Source: a candidate division WOR-3 bacterium (GTDB lineage Bacteria; Hydrothermota; Hydrothermia; JBDRYB01). Taken from it: DNA of 42,049 bases. The stretch's first letter is position 1. Every line of letters starts with the position of its first letter. The notes under the pieces are model-generated. The model made no database searches, had not been told where the DNA came from, and worked only from the letters and a program-made list of their open reading frames with translations. Positions 28,747-37,607 of the stretch are shown here, piece by piece. A program made the position numbers and the translations under genes. The stretch is taken from contig JBDRYB010000016.1 of assembly GCA_039803205.1 (NCBI GenBank), positions 1 through 42,049 on the forward strand, given 5' to 3'.

Positions 28747-30207
28747 ATGATTTGGAATCTCTGTCTCCTGCTTTTTGCTGAGGATACAGTCGTCGTATAT
28801 CCCAGGGTAAAGATCTACGACCACCCCACAAACGAGGCTCTCCTGAACGGCGAGAGGGGGATAATAGCAATAGACAAAGGGCCAACCGGACAAGAGCTGT
28901 ATGTGGGTTTTGAATCCAGGAACGACGGGGACCTCGCGAAATTGCTATATTCAACTGACCGCGGCGCGACATGGACGGACATGGCCGGAATAGGCTGGAC
29001 AAGCCAGACCAAGAGGCATTGCTCGCTTTCAAAGGGCGGCGGCCTCGGATACATGACTTGGAACCTCTTTTCAACAACATTCGCTTCGGTCATATATGTG
29101 ACGAGGCGACGCGACGCGACATCAGTGGAGCTGGCAGATAGAACATCGGATTTCTACCAAGAATATGATGGCAACACGGTCAACCGCTGGTATCCTACTG
29201 TCGCTGTATCCAACGGGGGGGATACAGTCTACTCGGCTTGGCTCAGCCAAGACCCCAATACCCTTAACTGGATCTATGTGGATTATTCATACAGGGAATG
29301 CGGCCAGTGGAACTGCTTTAATACCATGGGATACTATGATTTTGATGTGATAGCCGCAGATTGCAGGAGGCCAGTCATGCGCATGGACAGCCTCGGATAC
29401 ATATATCTCCAATACACGAACTCATCAAACGCACGAATCTACTTGGCGAGGCCCCAGGTCCCATTCCCGACAGAGGCCACGAGTTGGATAACTGGGCTGA
29501 GAGCCGTAACCCCTCTGGGATACACAACGGAGATAGCCTCAGCGACATCCGGTTCACACACATCCATGGAGATCCTCGGTGCCCAGCCAAACACTTGGAC
29601 ATATCACGCTTGGGCCTCAACTGATTCGGTCATTTATTTCAGAAAGTCAACCGACGGCGGAAACTCTTTCCTCTCTGACCCCATAAGGGTCTCCGATGAT
29701 GGTCACAAGGGGATATGGCCAGAACTGGACATATCCGCGAACGGAAACCTGGTGATGATCGCGTGGAGAGAGCTATCCGGCCCTGATTCGGACATATACA
29801 TGGACTACTCCCTTGATGGTGGTCAGACCTGGCACACGGATGTTGCCTTGGACGCGACTGCTGGTGAGGCCGCAGCCTTCCCCCACATCACCATAATAGA
29901 GAACTGCGGATATGTTGTTTATAACGATAATTCCTGGCTCGGTGATGTCTATATGGTTAAGGCGTGCGTTGAGACATCTGTTGGAGATGACGAAACAGCA
30001 AGCCAAGGCTCTTTCAGTGTCCTCGGCCTTCGTGGCCTCTTGATCATAAAGGGGGACACGGGTTATTCGGAGATAAGGGTCTATGACGCGAAGGGGTGTC
30101 TGGTTGCTTATGAGAAAGCCCTACAGGGCGAGAAGGCACTGAGATTGAGGCCAGGAGTTTATTTCGTCAGGGGCATTAACCAAACCAGGAGGGTAGTGGT
30201 CTATTGA
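28747..30207 (+). CDS. secreted BNR/Asp-box repeat protein with Por/T9SS-like C-terminal domain
   Basis: STDRGATW, STDGGNSF, SLDGGQTW. CTD-like end VYDAKG...PGVYFV...RRVVVY. Start is ATG 28747 or GTG 28738/28741. Confidence 0.8.
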   Translation: MIWNLCLLLFAEDTVVVYPRVKIYDHPTNEALLNGERGIIAIDKGPTGQELYVGFESRNDGDLAKLLYSTDRGATWTDMAGIGWTSQTKRHCSLSKGGGLGYMTWNLFSTTFASVIYVTRRRDATSVELADRTSDFYQEYDGNTVNRWYPTVAVSNGGDTVYSAWLSQDPNTLNWIYVDYSYRECGQWNCFNTMGYYDFDVIAADCRRPVMRMDSLGYIYLQYTNSSNARIYLARPQVPFPTEATSWITGLRAVTPLGYTTEIASATSGSHTSMEILGAQPNTWTYHAWASTDSVIYFRKSTDGGNSFLSDPIRVSDDGHKGIWPELDISANGNLVMIAWRELSGPDSDIYMDYSLDGGQTWHTDVALDATAGEAAAFPHITIIENCGYVVYNDNSWLGDVYMVKACVETSVGDDETASQGSFSVLGLRGLLIIKGDTGYSEIRVYDAKGCLVAYEKALQGEKALRLRPGVYFVRGINQTRRVVVY

Positions 30208-30302
30208 AGACCTCAAAATCCTCACTGCTTTAACAGAACGCTAATCATTTGCGTTTTTTCGCTCCAGGCTGTTTAGAACCGTCCCCTCTTCCGGCTACCC
30301 AA

Positions 30303-30989
30303 TCACCAGGTCTCTCGGGAGAGTTCCCAAAGCAATAATAGAACAAACCCTATTGCGGCTGTTACCAACATGCATCCGAGGCCGGCGAAAAGAAGCGAGG
30401 AGGTAGTAGCCGTAGTAAATTGCCCTTCATCCGGGATGATCTTTCCGCCATACCAAATAGTTGGGTCTACACCGAGGCCCACATATGGCTTCACTTCAAG
30501 ATTCCGGTCCACTGAGACGAGGGCATCCGCACACAAGGGCCAGAGAAAGGGAGAATGAATTCCGCCTATTAGCCTCATGCCGTAGTCTTTTTTCGGCGTC
30601 GGATCGTAGAAATAAAAGGGGCTCGCCCGAAGAAACAAGCTTGACCTCCGCCAATAGGATGGGAGACTCACGGGCTCCCTCCCGAAAGGCATCCAGAAGA
30701 CCGTTACGGGAAGCTTTGTCCCGTAATCTACTAAATCCTTATTAACAGGGGAAGTGTTCATGGGCAATCTGGATATCCCGGTAACTGAAACCCCGAAACC
30801 GCTCTTTCTATGAAGAAGCGAAATATCAACTAAATCAAGTTGTGGAGCAGAGATCAAACCAGCGTTGTTGTGATCAACGATGCCGACGCCCAGTCGCCCG
30901 AAACCAATTCCCGTTTCAAAACCGCTCTTTGATTTGGTAGAAGCACATCCAGCCAGAACTACGAAAATCAAAGAACATATCCTTTTCAT
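30303..30989 (-). CDS. hypothetical lipoprotein with C-terminal TM helix
   Basis: MKRICSLIFVVLAGC lipobox and a hydrophobic C-terminus; no family recognised. Confidence 0.65.
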   Translation of the reverse strand: MKRICSLIFVVLAGCASTKSKSGFETGIGFGRLGVGIVDHNNAGLISAPQLDLVDISLLHRKSGFGVSVTGISRLPMNTSPVNKDLVDYGTKLPVTVFWMPFGREPVSLPSYWRRSSLFLRASPFYFYDPTPKKDYGMRLIGGIHSPFLWPLCADALVSVDRNLEVKPYVGLGVDPTIWYGGKIIPDEGQFTTATTSSLLFAGLGCMLVTAAIGFVLLLLWELSRETW

Positions 30990-31142
30990 AGGGGGAACAT
31001 TTTAAGGGTTCGCCATACCCTCTTTCAACCACCAATTTGCTCTGGCCATAGAGAACTCATGGATAAGCGCCGATGGCCCAATGGGTTAGCAAGGCCGCAT
31101 TGCGGATTCCTCTATTTTTGAGTTCAGTGCCATGCATGCCTT

Positions 31143-32555
31143 TCACCTAAACACCAGGGGCAAGACCCAGACCGAAAGAGCGGTTGTCAGGAGGACAGCG
31201 ATGAGGTTTACGACAAAGCCAACCCTGACCATCTGGCCTATCGTGAACCTCCCTGTCCCATACACGATGGCGTTCGGCGGCGTGCCGACGGGGAGCATGA
31301 ACGCGCAGGATGAGGCGAGCGCCGCAGGGACGGTCAAGGTATACGGTGAAAGCCCAGCACCCTGCGAAACCCCGGCGAGAAGCGGGATTACCAGCGCGGC
31401 TACGGCTGTGTTTGATGTCAGCTCCGTCAGAAGCGATATGGCGCCCGCAACAATAAAGACCATTAGCCAAGCTGGAAGGCCTCTCAGGCTGACAACTCCG
31501 CGGGCGATCCACTCAGAGAGCCCTGAGCTCCCGAAAGAGCTCGCGAGGGAAAGCCCGCCCCCAAAGAGGATGAGGATTCCCCAGGGTAGCTCTGATCCCT
31601 TTTCCCACGAGAGGACAGGCGCCATCCTCTTCCAGGAGCCTGGTATACCAAGCAGGGCGAGAGCCCCGATGATTGCCACGCTCGCATCCCCAAGGTAGCC
31701 CTTGAGGCCGAGGAGGTTCTCCCAGCCCGGAACCCCAAAGAACCCCTCCCTGGTGAGCCAGCCGAAAGCCACCAGAACGAAGACCAAAATCACATATATC
31801 TGGGAACGGGTTAGCGGACCTTTTGGCTCACTTGGAATCGCAAGCTCCTCTGATCTGATCCTGAAGACCTTGAAGTAAAGAGAAAGGTAAAGCCACGCTA
31901 AACCAAGAAGCACAAGAGAGAATGGCAAAGCAAAGCCCATCCACCTCGCAAAGCCTATCTCAGCCCCAGGGAAAAGCCTCGGCAGTTGCCCGGCCAAGAC
32001 GAGGTTGGGTGGTGTTCCGACCAGGGTCGCCGTTCCGCCTATGGAAGCAGAATAAGCGAGTCCGAGCATGAGCGCTATGCCGAAGCGCTTGTTGTGGATC
32101 CGTGAAAGAGCGGCCAGCGCTATCGGGAGCAGGATCATCACGGTCGCGGTGTTTGACATCCACATGGAAACAAACGCTGTTGCGAGCATGAAGCCAAAAA
32201 GAACCAGCCAGGGCCTCTTTCTGCCCATGGCGAGAAAAGGCATCGCCATGCGCTCGTGCAATCCGTAGACCTCAAGACCCCTCGCTATTATGAAGCCCCC
32301 GAGAAACAGGAAGACCACGGGATCAGCATAGGCAAGAGCCGCTTCCGTCAGCTTCACTACACCCATTAGGGGGAGGAGGGCCAAAGGCAGAAGCGAGGTC
32401 GCGGGTATCGGCACGGCCTCAGTCATCCACCATACAGCCATCCAGGAAGCCAGAGCCAGAACCTTTCTGCCATGAGGGGGAAGGCCTGGAATTGGCAAAG
32501 AGAGAACAACTGCAAAGAGCAAAGGGCCGGCCACGAATCCGATCCTCTTGGCCAC
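31143..32555 (-). CDS. DASS/SLC13 family Na+-coupled dicarboxylate/sulfate symporter
   Basis: WWMTEAVP, MWMSNTAT, GTPPN, TELTSNTA, FMLPVGTPPNAI. Confidence 0.93.
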   Translation of the reverse strand: MAKRIGFVAGPLLFAVVLSLPIPGLPPHGRKVLALASWMAVWWMTEAVPIPATSLLPLALLPLMGVVKLTEAALAYADPVVFLFLGGFIIARGLEVYGLHERMAMPFLAMGRKRPWLVLFGFMLATAFVSMWMSNTATVMILLPIALAALSRIHNKRFGIALMLGLAYSASIGGTATLVGTPPNLVLAGQLPRLFPGAEIGFARWMGFALPFSLVLLGLAWLYLSLYFKVFRIRSEELAIPSEPKGPLTRSQIYVILVFVLVAFGWLTREGFFGVPGWENLLGLKGYLGDASVAIIGALALLGIPGSWKRMAPVLSWEKGSELPWGILILFGGGLSLASSFGSSGLSEWIARGVVSLRGLPAWLMVFIVAGAISLLTELTSNTAVAALVIPLLAGVSQGAGLSPYTLTVPAALASSCAFMLPVGTPPNAIVYGTGRFTIGQMVRVGFVVNLIAVLLTTALSVWVLPLVFR

Positions 32556-32602
32556 GGAGAAATTATATGGAAATGGAACACCCCCTCGCTATTTATGTAA
32601 TT

Positions 32603-32631
32603 GAAAGCCCCTGGCGCAAGGACCAGGGGCT
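32603..32631 (-). terminator. intrinsic terminator after the thiolase gene
   Basis: Hairpin AGCCCCTGG-N8-CCAGGGGCT (32606-32631) followed by a short U-tract on the minus strand. Confidence 0.6.
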
Positions 32632-32649
32632 ACCCGTGGGATTTCTAGA

Positions 32650-33840
32650 TTACGGCCTTTCCACGACCATCGCGACCGCTCCGCCTGTTCCGAGGCAAAG
32701 CGAGGCAAGGCCTATCCGCTTGTTGTAGCGCTTGAGCGCGTAAAGAAGGGTTGTCAGTATGCGGGCTCCAGAGGCCCCTATCGGGTGGCCGAGGGCGATC
32801 GCACCGCCGTGCACATTGTAGCGCTCCCAGTCCCACTGCAGTTCCTTGTGATCCGCTAGAACCTGGGCCGCGAAAGCCTCGTTGACCTCTATGAGGTCAA
32901 AGTAATCCGGCCCCTTCGCGCCGACCTTCTCCATCACCTTTCTGACAGCGCCTATTGGCGCGTAGAAGAGATCCTTTGGCTCAACGAAATGCGAGGCGTA
33001 TGCCCTTATGTATGCCATTATGGGTAGGCCCAGCTCCTTTGCCTTTTCCTCCGATGTCACCAAAACCGCGGATGCACCATCATTAAGGCCGGGAGCGTTT
33101 CCTGGGGTTATCGTCCCGTCCTTCTTGAAGGCAGGCTTGAGCTTTGCTAGCGCCTCAACGGTTGTGTCAGCCCTCGGGCCCTCGTCCCTTTCAACCACTA
33201 TGGGATCGCCCTTCTTCTGCGGTATCTCAACCTTGACAACCTCATCGGAGAAATAGCCCTTGTTCCAAGCCTCAACAGCCTTGCGGTGGCTCTCTGCCGC
33301 AAGCCAGTCCTGCTGTTCGCGGGTTATCCCGCTCTTCTCGGCCGTGTATTCACCAAGCTCGCCCATGTGGACCATGCCAACGGGGCAAGTGAGTCCATCA
33401 AAGATCATGAGATCTTTGAGAACTATGTCCCCGTATTTCGCGCCCCAGCGAAGGTTTGCCGCATGAGGGCACTGGCTCATGGACTCCATTCCTCCAGCCA
33501 CGACAAAATCAGCATCCCCGAGCTTCACTGCTTGCGCGGCGAGCATCACGGCCTTCAGGCCGGAGCCACAGACCTTGTTTATGGTGAAGGCGTTCACTGA
33601 GGGGGGCAATCCAGCAAGCAGAGCGGCTTGTCTTCCAGGGGATTGGCCCATGCCGGCCTGAACCACCTGGCCCATTATGACCTCGTCTATGAGCTTTGGA
33701 TCAACGCCTGAACGAGCAACGCACTCCTTTATGGCGATGGCGCCGAGGTCCTGAGGCCTAAGGCTACTGAGCGCGCCCATGAGCTTGCCTATAGGCGTCC
33801 TCACCGCAGAAACGATAACTGCTTCTCTTATGCAAGACAT
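32650..33840 (-). CDS. acetyl-CoA C-acetyltransferase (thiolase)
   Basis: INKVCGSG, GGMESMS, NEAFAAQ, GHPIGASG, CLGTGG. ATG 33840 follows SD GGAGG. Confidence 0.95.
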   Translation of the reverse strand: MSCIREAVIVSAVRTPIGKLMGALSSLRPQDLGAIAIKECVARSGVDPKLIDEVIMGQVVQAGMGQSPGRQAALLAGLPPSVNAFTINKVCGSGLKAVMLAAQAVKLGDADFVVAGGMESMSQCPHAANLRWGAKYGDIVLKDLMIFDGLTCPVGMVHMGELGEYTAEKSGITREQQDWLAAESHRKAVEAWNKGYFSDEVVKVEIPQKKGDPIVVERDEGPRADTTVEALAKLKPAFKKDGTITPGNAPGLNDGASAVLVTSEEKAKELGLPIMAYIRAYASHFVEPKDLFYAPIGAVRKVMEKVGAKGPDYFDLIEVNEAFAAQVLADHKELQWDWERYNVHGGAIALGHPIGASGARILTTLLYALKRYNKRIGLASLCLGTGGAVAMVVERP

Positions 33841-33889
33841 GTTCATCCTCCGGTAGGGGGAAATTATAAAGCAAAAGCAAGAGATGAAC

Positions 33890-35029
33890 CTATGGTGCGA
33901 CCCTAAGTAGTTTCCTTAACCTCTCCGCGACGGTCCTAACGCTCTCTTTTCCCATATGCGGATACAGGGGGAGGCTGAGCTCGCGACGAGAAAGCTCCTC
34001 AGCAACCGGTAATCTTATGTCCGGAAACAGCCTCCTATAATATGTGAATGTGTGGACGGCTTGATAGTGAACCGATGTCTGGATCCCCGCCTCAGCGAGC
34101 CCTTCCATAACCGAGAGCCTCTCGGCTTCCTCAGGGAGCACAACCGGAAATATGTAGTTTGCTGAATTCTCGTAATCATCGAAGGGGATTATGAGGCCAG
34201 GCACATCCGAAAGGAGCTTTCTGTATAAACCCACCAGCTCAACCCGCTTCTGGTTTGCCTCCGGCAATTTCCTGAGCTGCACCCGAGCGAGGGCGGCCTG
34301 CATATCGGTTGCCTTGTAGTTGTAGCCCATTTCGGTTATGTCGTATGTCCTGAGCCTCGAATCCCTGAACCTATCCCAGGCCGCGGCAGTCCTTCCGTGG
34401 GAGCTCATGCGCCTCACCCTCTCGGCCAGCTCCCTGTCAAATGTTACGAGCGCCCCGCCTTCCCCGGATGTCATGTTCTTATTGGCGAAAAAGGAGAAAC
34501 ACCCTATGTTTCCAAATGTGCCTGGTTTTTTTCCGCCCGAGACCGAGCCATGGGTGTGGGCCGCGTCCTCCACGAGAAAAAGCCCTCTTTTTCTGCAAAA
34601 TTCAGCGATCTCGGATATACCATCGGAAAAGCCAGCATAGTGAAGGAAGATAACTGCCTTGGTTCTCTCGTTCACGAGGCCTTCAATGGTTTCGGGAGAG
34701 ATGTTCGGGTTTTTTAGGGATGAGGAGTCAGCGAGTCGCAATGTCCCCCCTAGCCAGAGAACCGGAGAGCATGTCGCTATGTATGTGAAGCCAGGGGCTA
34801 TCACCTCATCCCCTGGGCCTATGTTCAAAGCCGCTAAAGCGAGGTGAATGGAGGCGGTTCCGGACGAGAGAAAAACGACCTCTGGGCCTCCGAGGAATTC
34901 CGAGAATTCTCGCTCAAATTCTTTGGTCTCAGGCCCGGCAGATACCCACCCCCTTCTTATGACACTAATGAGGGCCTCTTCCTCTTCAGGGCCGAAATTC
35001 GCATCAAAAAGGGGGATTTTCCAAGTCAA
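33890..35029 (-). CDS. DegT/DnrJ/EryC1/StrS PLP-dependent sugar aminotransferase
   Basis: SSGTASIHLAL, EDAAH, SFFANKNMTSGEGG, GYNY, SLPLYP. Confidence 0.93.
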   Translation of the reverse strand: MTWKIPLFDANFGPEEEEALISVIRRGWVSAGPETKEFEREFSEFLGGPEVVFLSSGTASIHLALAALNIGPGDEVIAPGFTYIATCSPVLWLGGTLRLADSSSLKNPNISPETIEGLVNERTKAVIFLHYAGFSDGISEIAEFCRKRGLFLVEDAAHTHGSVSGGKKPGTFGNIGCFSFFANKNMTSGEGGALVTFDRELAERVRRMSSHGRTAAAWDRFRDSRLRTYDITEMGYNYKATDMQAALARVQLRKLPEANQKRVELVGLYRKLLSDVPGLIIPFDDYENSANYIFPVVLPEEAERLSVMEGLAEAGIQTSVHYQAVHTFTYYRRLFPDIRLPVAEELSRRELSLPLYPHMGKESVRTVAERLRKLLRVAP

Positions 35030-35030
35030 T

Positions 35031-37160
35031 TTACCCCCTCGGCCTCCTCGGACTCTCCGAGCGTCTCTTGAAGTCTTTGGGCTTCGGAAGCAGGGCCTTT
35101 CTTGAGACCTTTATCTTGCCAGCTGGGTCTATCTCCGTGACCTTTACCTCAACCACATCCCCAACCTTGAGCACATCCTCAACCGACGGTATCCTCTCCC
35201 AGGTTATATCAGAGATGTGCAGGAGCGCCTCCTTCTTTGGTGCTATCTCAACGAAAGCGCCGAAGGGGGTTATTTTCACCACTTTTGCCCGATAAACCTC
35301 GCCTATTTCAGGCTCCCGAATTATGGATTCCACTATGCGTTTCGCCTCGTGGACCTTCTCCATGTCATCCCCGGCTATCATCACCCTGCTCTCGGTATCG
35401 TTTATCTCTATCTTGGTCCCGGTTGCATCCTGGATGCTCCTTATCGTTCTGCCTCCGGAGCCTATTATGTCCCCTATCTTGTCGTAGGGCACTGGGAAGG
35501 AGACAACCTTTGGAGCGTAGCGCGAGAGCTCTGGGCGCGGCCTCGGGATGGCTGAGGACATTATATCCAGGATGGTCATGCGAGTTTCCCTTGCCCTTTC
35601 AAGAGCGGCCCTGAGAACCTCTGGCTCAAGGCCTGGGAGCTTAAGATCGAGCTGTATAGCGTTCACCCCCTTTTCTGTTCCCGCGACCTTGAAGTCCATG
35701 TCCCCAAAGTGATCCTCAAGGCCGATGATGTCAGTCAAAAGCAGGTTTTGCCCACCTTCTTTTATCAGGCCGACGGATATTCCCGCAACATGTCTATCTA
35801 TTGGAACCCCAGCGTCCATGAGCGAAAGGGAGCCCCCGCAAACGGTCGCCATGGATGTTGAGCCGTTTGATTCGGTTATATCAGAGACTATCCTTATGAT
35901 ATATGGAAACCTGTCTGTATCTGGGATCATGACCGAAAGGGCTTTTTCGGCCAATGCGCCATGGCCTATCTCCCGTCTCGCGGGGCCGCGCATTGCCCTG
36001 ACCTCGCCCGTTGAGAAGGGCGGGAAGTTGTAGTGGAGCATGAATCGCTTTTCCTCGTAGTATTCAAGCTCAGTGAGGCGCTGGACATCCTCTTCTGTTC
36101 CGAGGGTGGTTACAACGAGGGCTTGGGTTTCACCCCTGCTGAAGAGCGCTGATCCGTGGGTTCTGGGCAAAAGCCCCAGCTGGCAGGTTATCGGCCGAAG
36201 CTCATCAAGCCCCCTACCATCAACCCTCTTCTTCTCACGGATCACATAGTCGCGCATCAGCCTCTCAGCGAGCTGGTTTATGGTGCTGGTTATCTCAACG
36301 GATTGATCCGGAAATTCCTCAGCAAGGGCCTCGCAAGCCTCTTTTGCGAGGTTCTCCAAAGCCCTGTATCTCTCATTCCTGCCCCTGGAGAGGAGGGCCT
36401 CCATGATCCTTTCACGGTATAGCTCTTCGATCCTCTTTGATAGCTCCTCAGGCACCAGAAGCACGGTGGGTTCCTTCTTTTCTATGCTGATGGAAGAGAG
36501 AAACTCTTTCTGAAAACGATATGTTTGTTCGACAGCCTCCATGCCAAACTCAATCGCTGACCAGAGCTCTGGCTCAGGGATCTCCTTGCCTCCAAACTCT
36601 ATCATGGAAACCGAACCAGGCCTGCCAACGAGCAATAGTTCAAAATCGCTCTTCTCAAGCTGGGAATTGGTTGGGTTGAGAACGAATTTGCCGTCTATCC
36701 TGCCAACCGTTGCCGCTCCGAGGGGATCGTGAAACGGAAGGGTTGAGGCGCAGAGCGCGGCCGAGGCGCCTATTATGCCCGGCAAAAGGCCAGGGTTCTC
36801 CATGTCGTAGGAGAGAAGGAGGACAATTATCTCAACCTCGTCCATCATTCCCTTCGGGAACTGGGGCCTTATGCCTCGGTCTATTGCCCTGCTGTAGAGT
36901 ATTTCCCTGTCACGGGGCTTCCCCTCCCTCTTGAAGAAGCCTCCGGGTATCTTTCCGGCCGCGTATGTCTGCTCCCTGTATTCCACAAGAAGGGGCAAGA
37001 AATCAACTTTTTCCTCCGGCGGTTTTGTTGTTACGGCCACGAGCGCAACCGTGTCCCCATAGCTGACCAGGACCGATGCGTCGGCGCTCCTGGCCATTGT
37101 TCCCGTTTCCAAACTGAGAATTCTTTCCCCTATAGGGATGGAGTGCTTTACGGGATCCAT
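35031..37160 (-). CDS. pnp: polyribonucleotide nucleotidyltransferase (PNPase)
   Basis: AAGKIPGGFFKREG, RREIGHG, SNGSTSMA, GDMDFKVAG, KH and S1 domains. Confidence 0.97.
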   Translation of the reverse strand: MDPVKHSIPIGERILSLETGTMARSADASVLVSYGDTVALVAVTTKPPEEKVDFLPLLVEYREQTYAAGKIPGGFFKREGKPRDREILYSRAIDRGIRPQFPKGMMDEVEIIVLLLSYDMENPGLLPGIIGASAALCASTLPFHDPLGAATVGRIDGKFVLNPTNSQLEKSDFELLLVGRPGSVSMIEFGGKEIPEPELWSAIEFGMEAVEQTYRFQKEFLSSISIEKKEPTVLLVPEELSKRIEELYRERIMEALLSRGRNERYRALENLAKEACEALAEEFPDQSVEITSTINQLAERLMRDYVIREKKRVDGRGLDELRPITCQLGLLPRTHGSALFSRGETQALVVTTLGTEEDVQRLTELEYYEEKRFMLHYNFPPFSTGEVRAMRGPARREIGHGALAEKALSVMIPDTDRFPYIIRIVSDITESNGSTSMATVCGGSLSLMDAGVPIDRHVAGISVGLIKEGGQNLLLTDIIGLEDHFGDMDFKVAGTEKGVNAIQLDLKLPGLEPEVLRAALERARETRMTILDIMSSAIPRPRPELSRYAPKVVSFPVPYDKIGDIIGSGGRTIRSIQDATGTKIEINDTESRVMIAGDDMEKVHEAKRIVESIIREPEIGEVYRAKVVKITPFGAFVEIAPKKEALLHISDITWERIPSVEDVLKVGDVVEVKVTEIDPAGKIKVSRKALLPKPKDFKRRSESPRRPRG

Positions 37161-37164
37161 TCAT

Positions 37165-37428
37165 CTACCCCCTGAGTCCCAGAGAGTGCACCACTTCCCT
37201 GTATTTTGCGAAATCATTCTCCTTCAAATATTTGAGGAGCTTTCTCCTCCGCGCGGCCATTTTGATTAGGCTGTAACGGGAGTGCACATCCTTTCTGTGG
37301 CGTTTCAAGTGCTCTGTCATGGCCTTTATTCTGACCGTAAGGGCCGCTATTTGCACCTCTGGCGAACCCGTATCTCGTTCGTGCCTGGACAAATTAACCC
37401 TCTTTTCCTCTTTCTTCCTTCTTGGCAT
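37165..37428 (-). CDS. rpsO: 30S ribosomal protein S15
   Basis: [17 protein letters not shown]...HLKRH.KD.HSR...LGLR; sits upstream of pnp. Confidence 0.96.
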   Translation of the reverse strand: MPRRKKEEKRVNLSRHERDTGSPEVQIAALTVRIKAMTEHLKRHRKDVHSRYSLIKMAARRRKLLKYLKENDFAKYREVVHSLGLRG

Positions 37429-37460
37429 ACCTTCCTCTTTCTTTTCTCCGTTCTGGCGAA

Positions 37461-37490
37461 ATTATAAAGGCCAGGGCCGCTGCCGGGCAA
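37461..37490 (-). promoter_or_regulatory. sigma70-like promoter of rpsO-pnp
   Basis: The minus strand reads TTGCCC-N18-TATAAT. Confidence 0.55.
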
Positions 37491-37607
37491 CCACTCGGTT
37501 GCGGCCTCAGCTCACATACGATTTTACTCGGTTTTCCAGGGATAAGACCCAGAAAATCAGGGTTTTGGTGTCAAAGTTGAGTTTAACTCTCCACTCCTGC
37601 TAAACAA

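Noticed and set aside
37473..37508. GC hairpin upstream of rpsO as an S15 leader or a fourth copy of the hairpin element
   Set aside because: It overlaps the predicted -35 and lies upstream of the likely TSS. It lacks the CCTCC loop and may simply end the upstream transcript.
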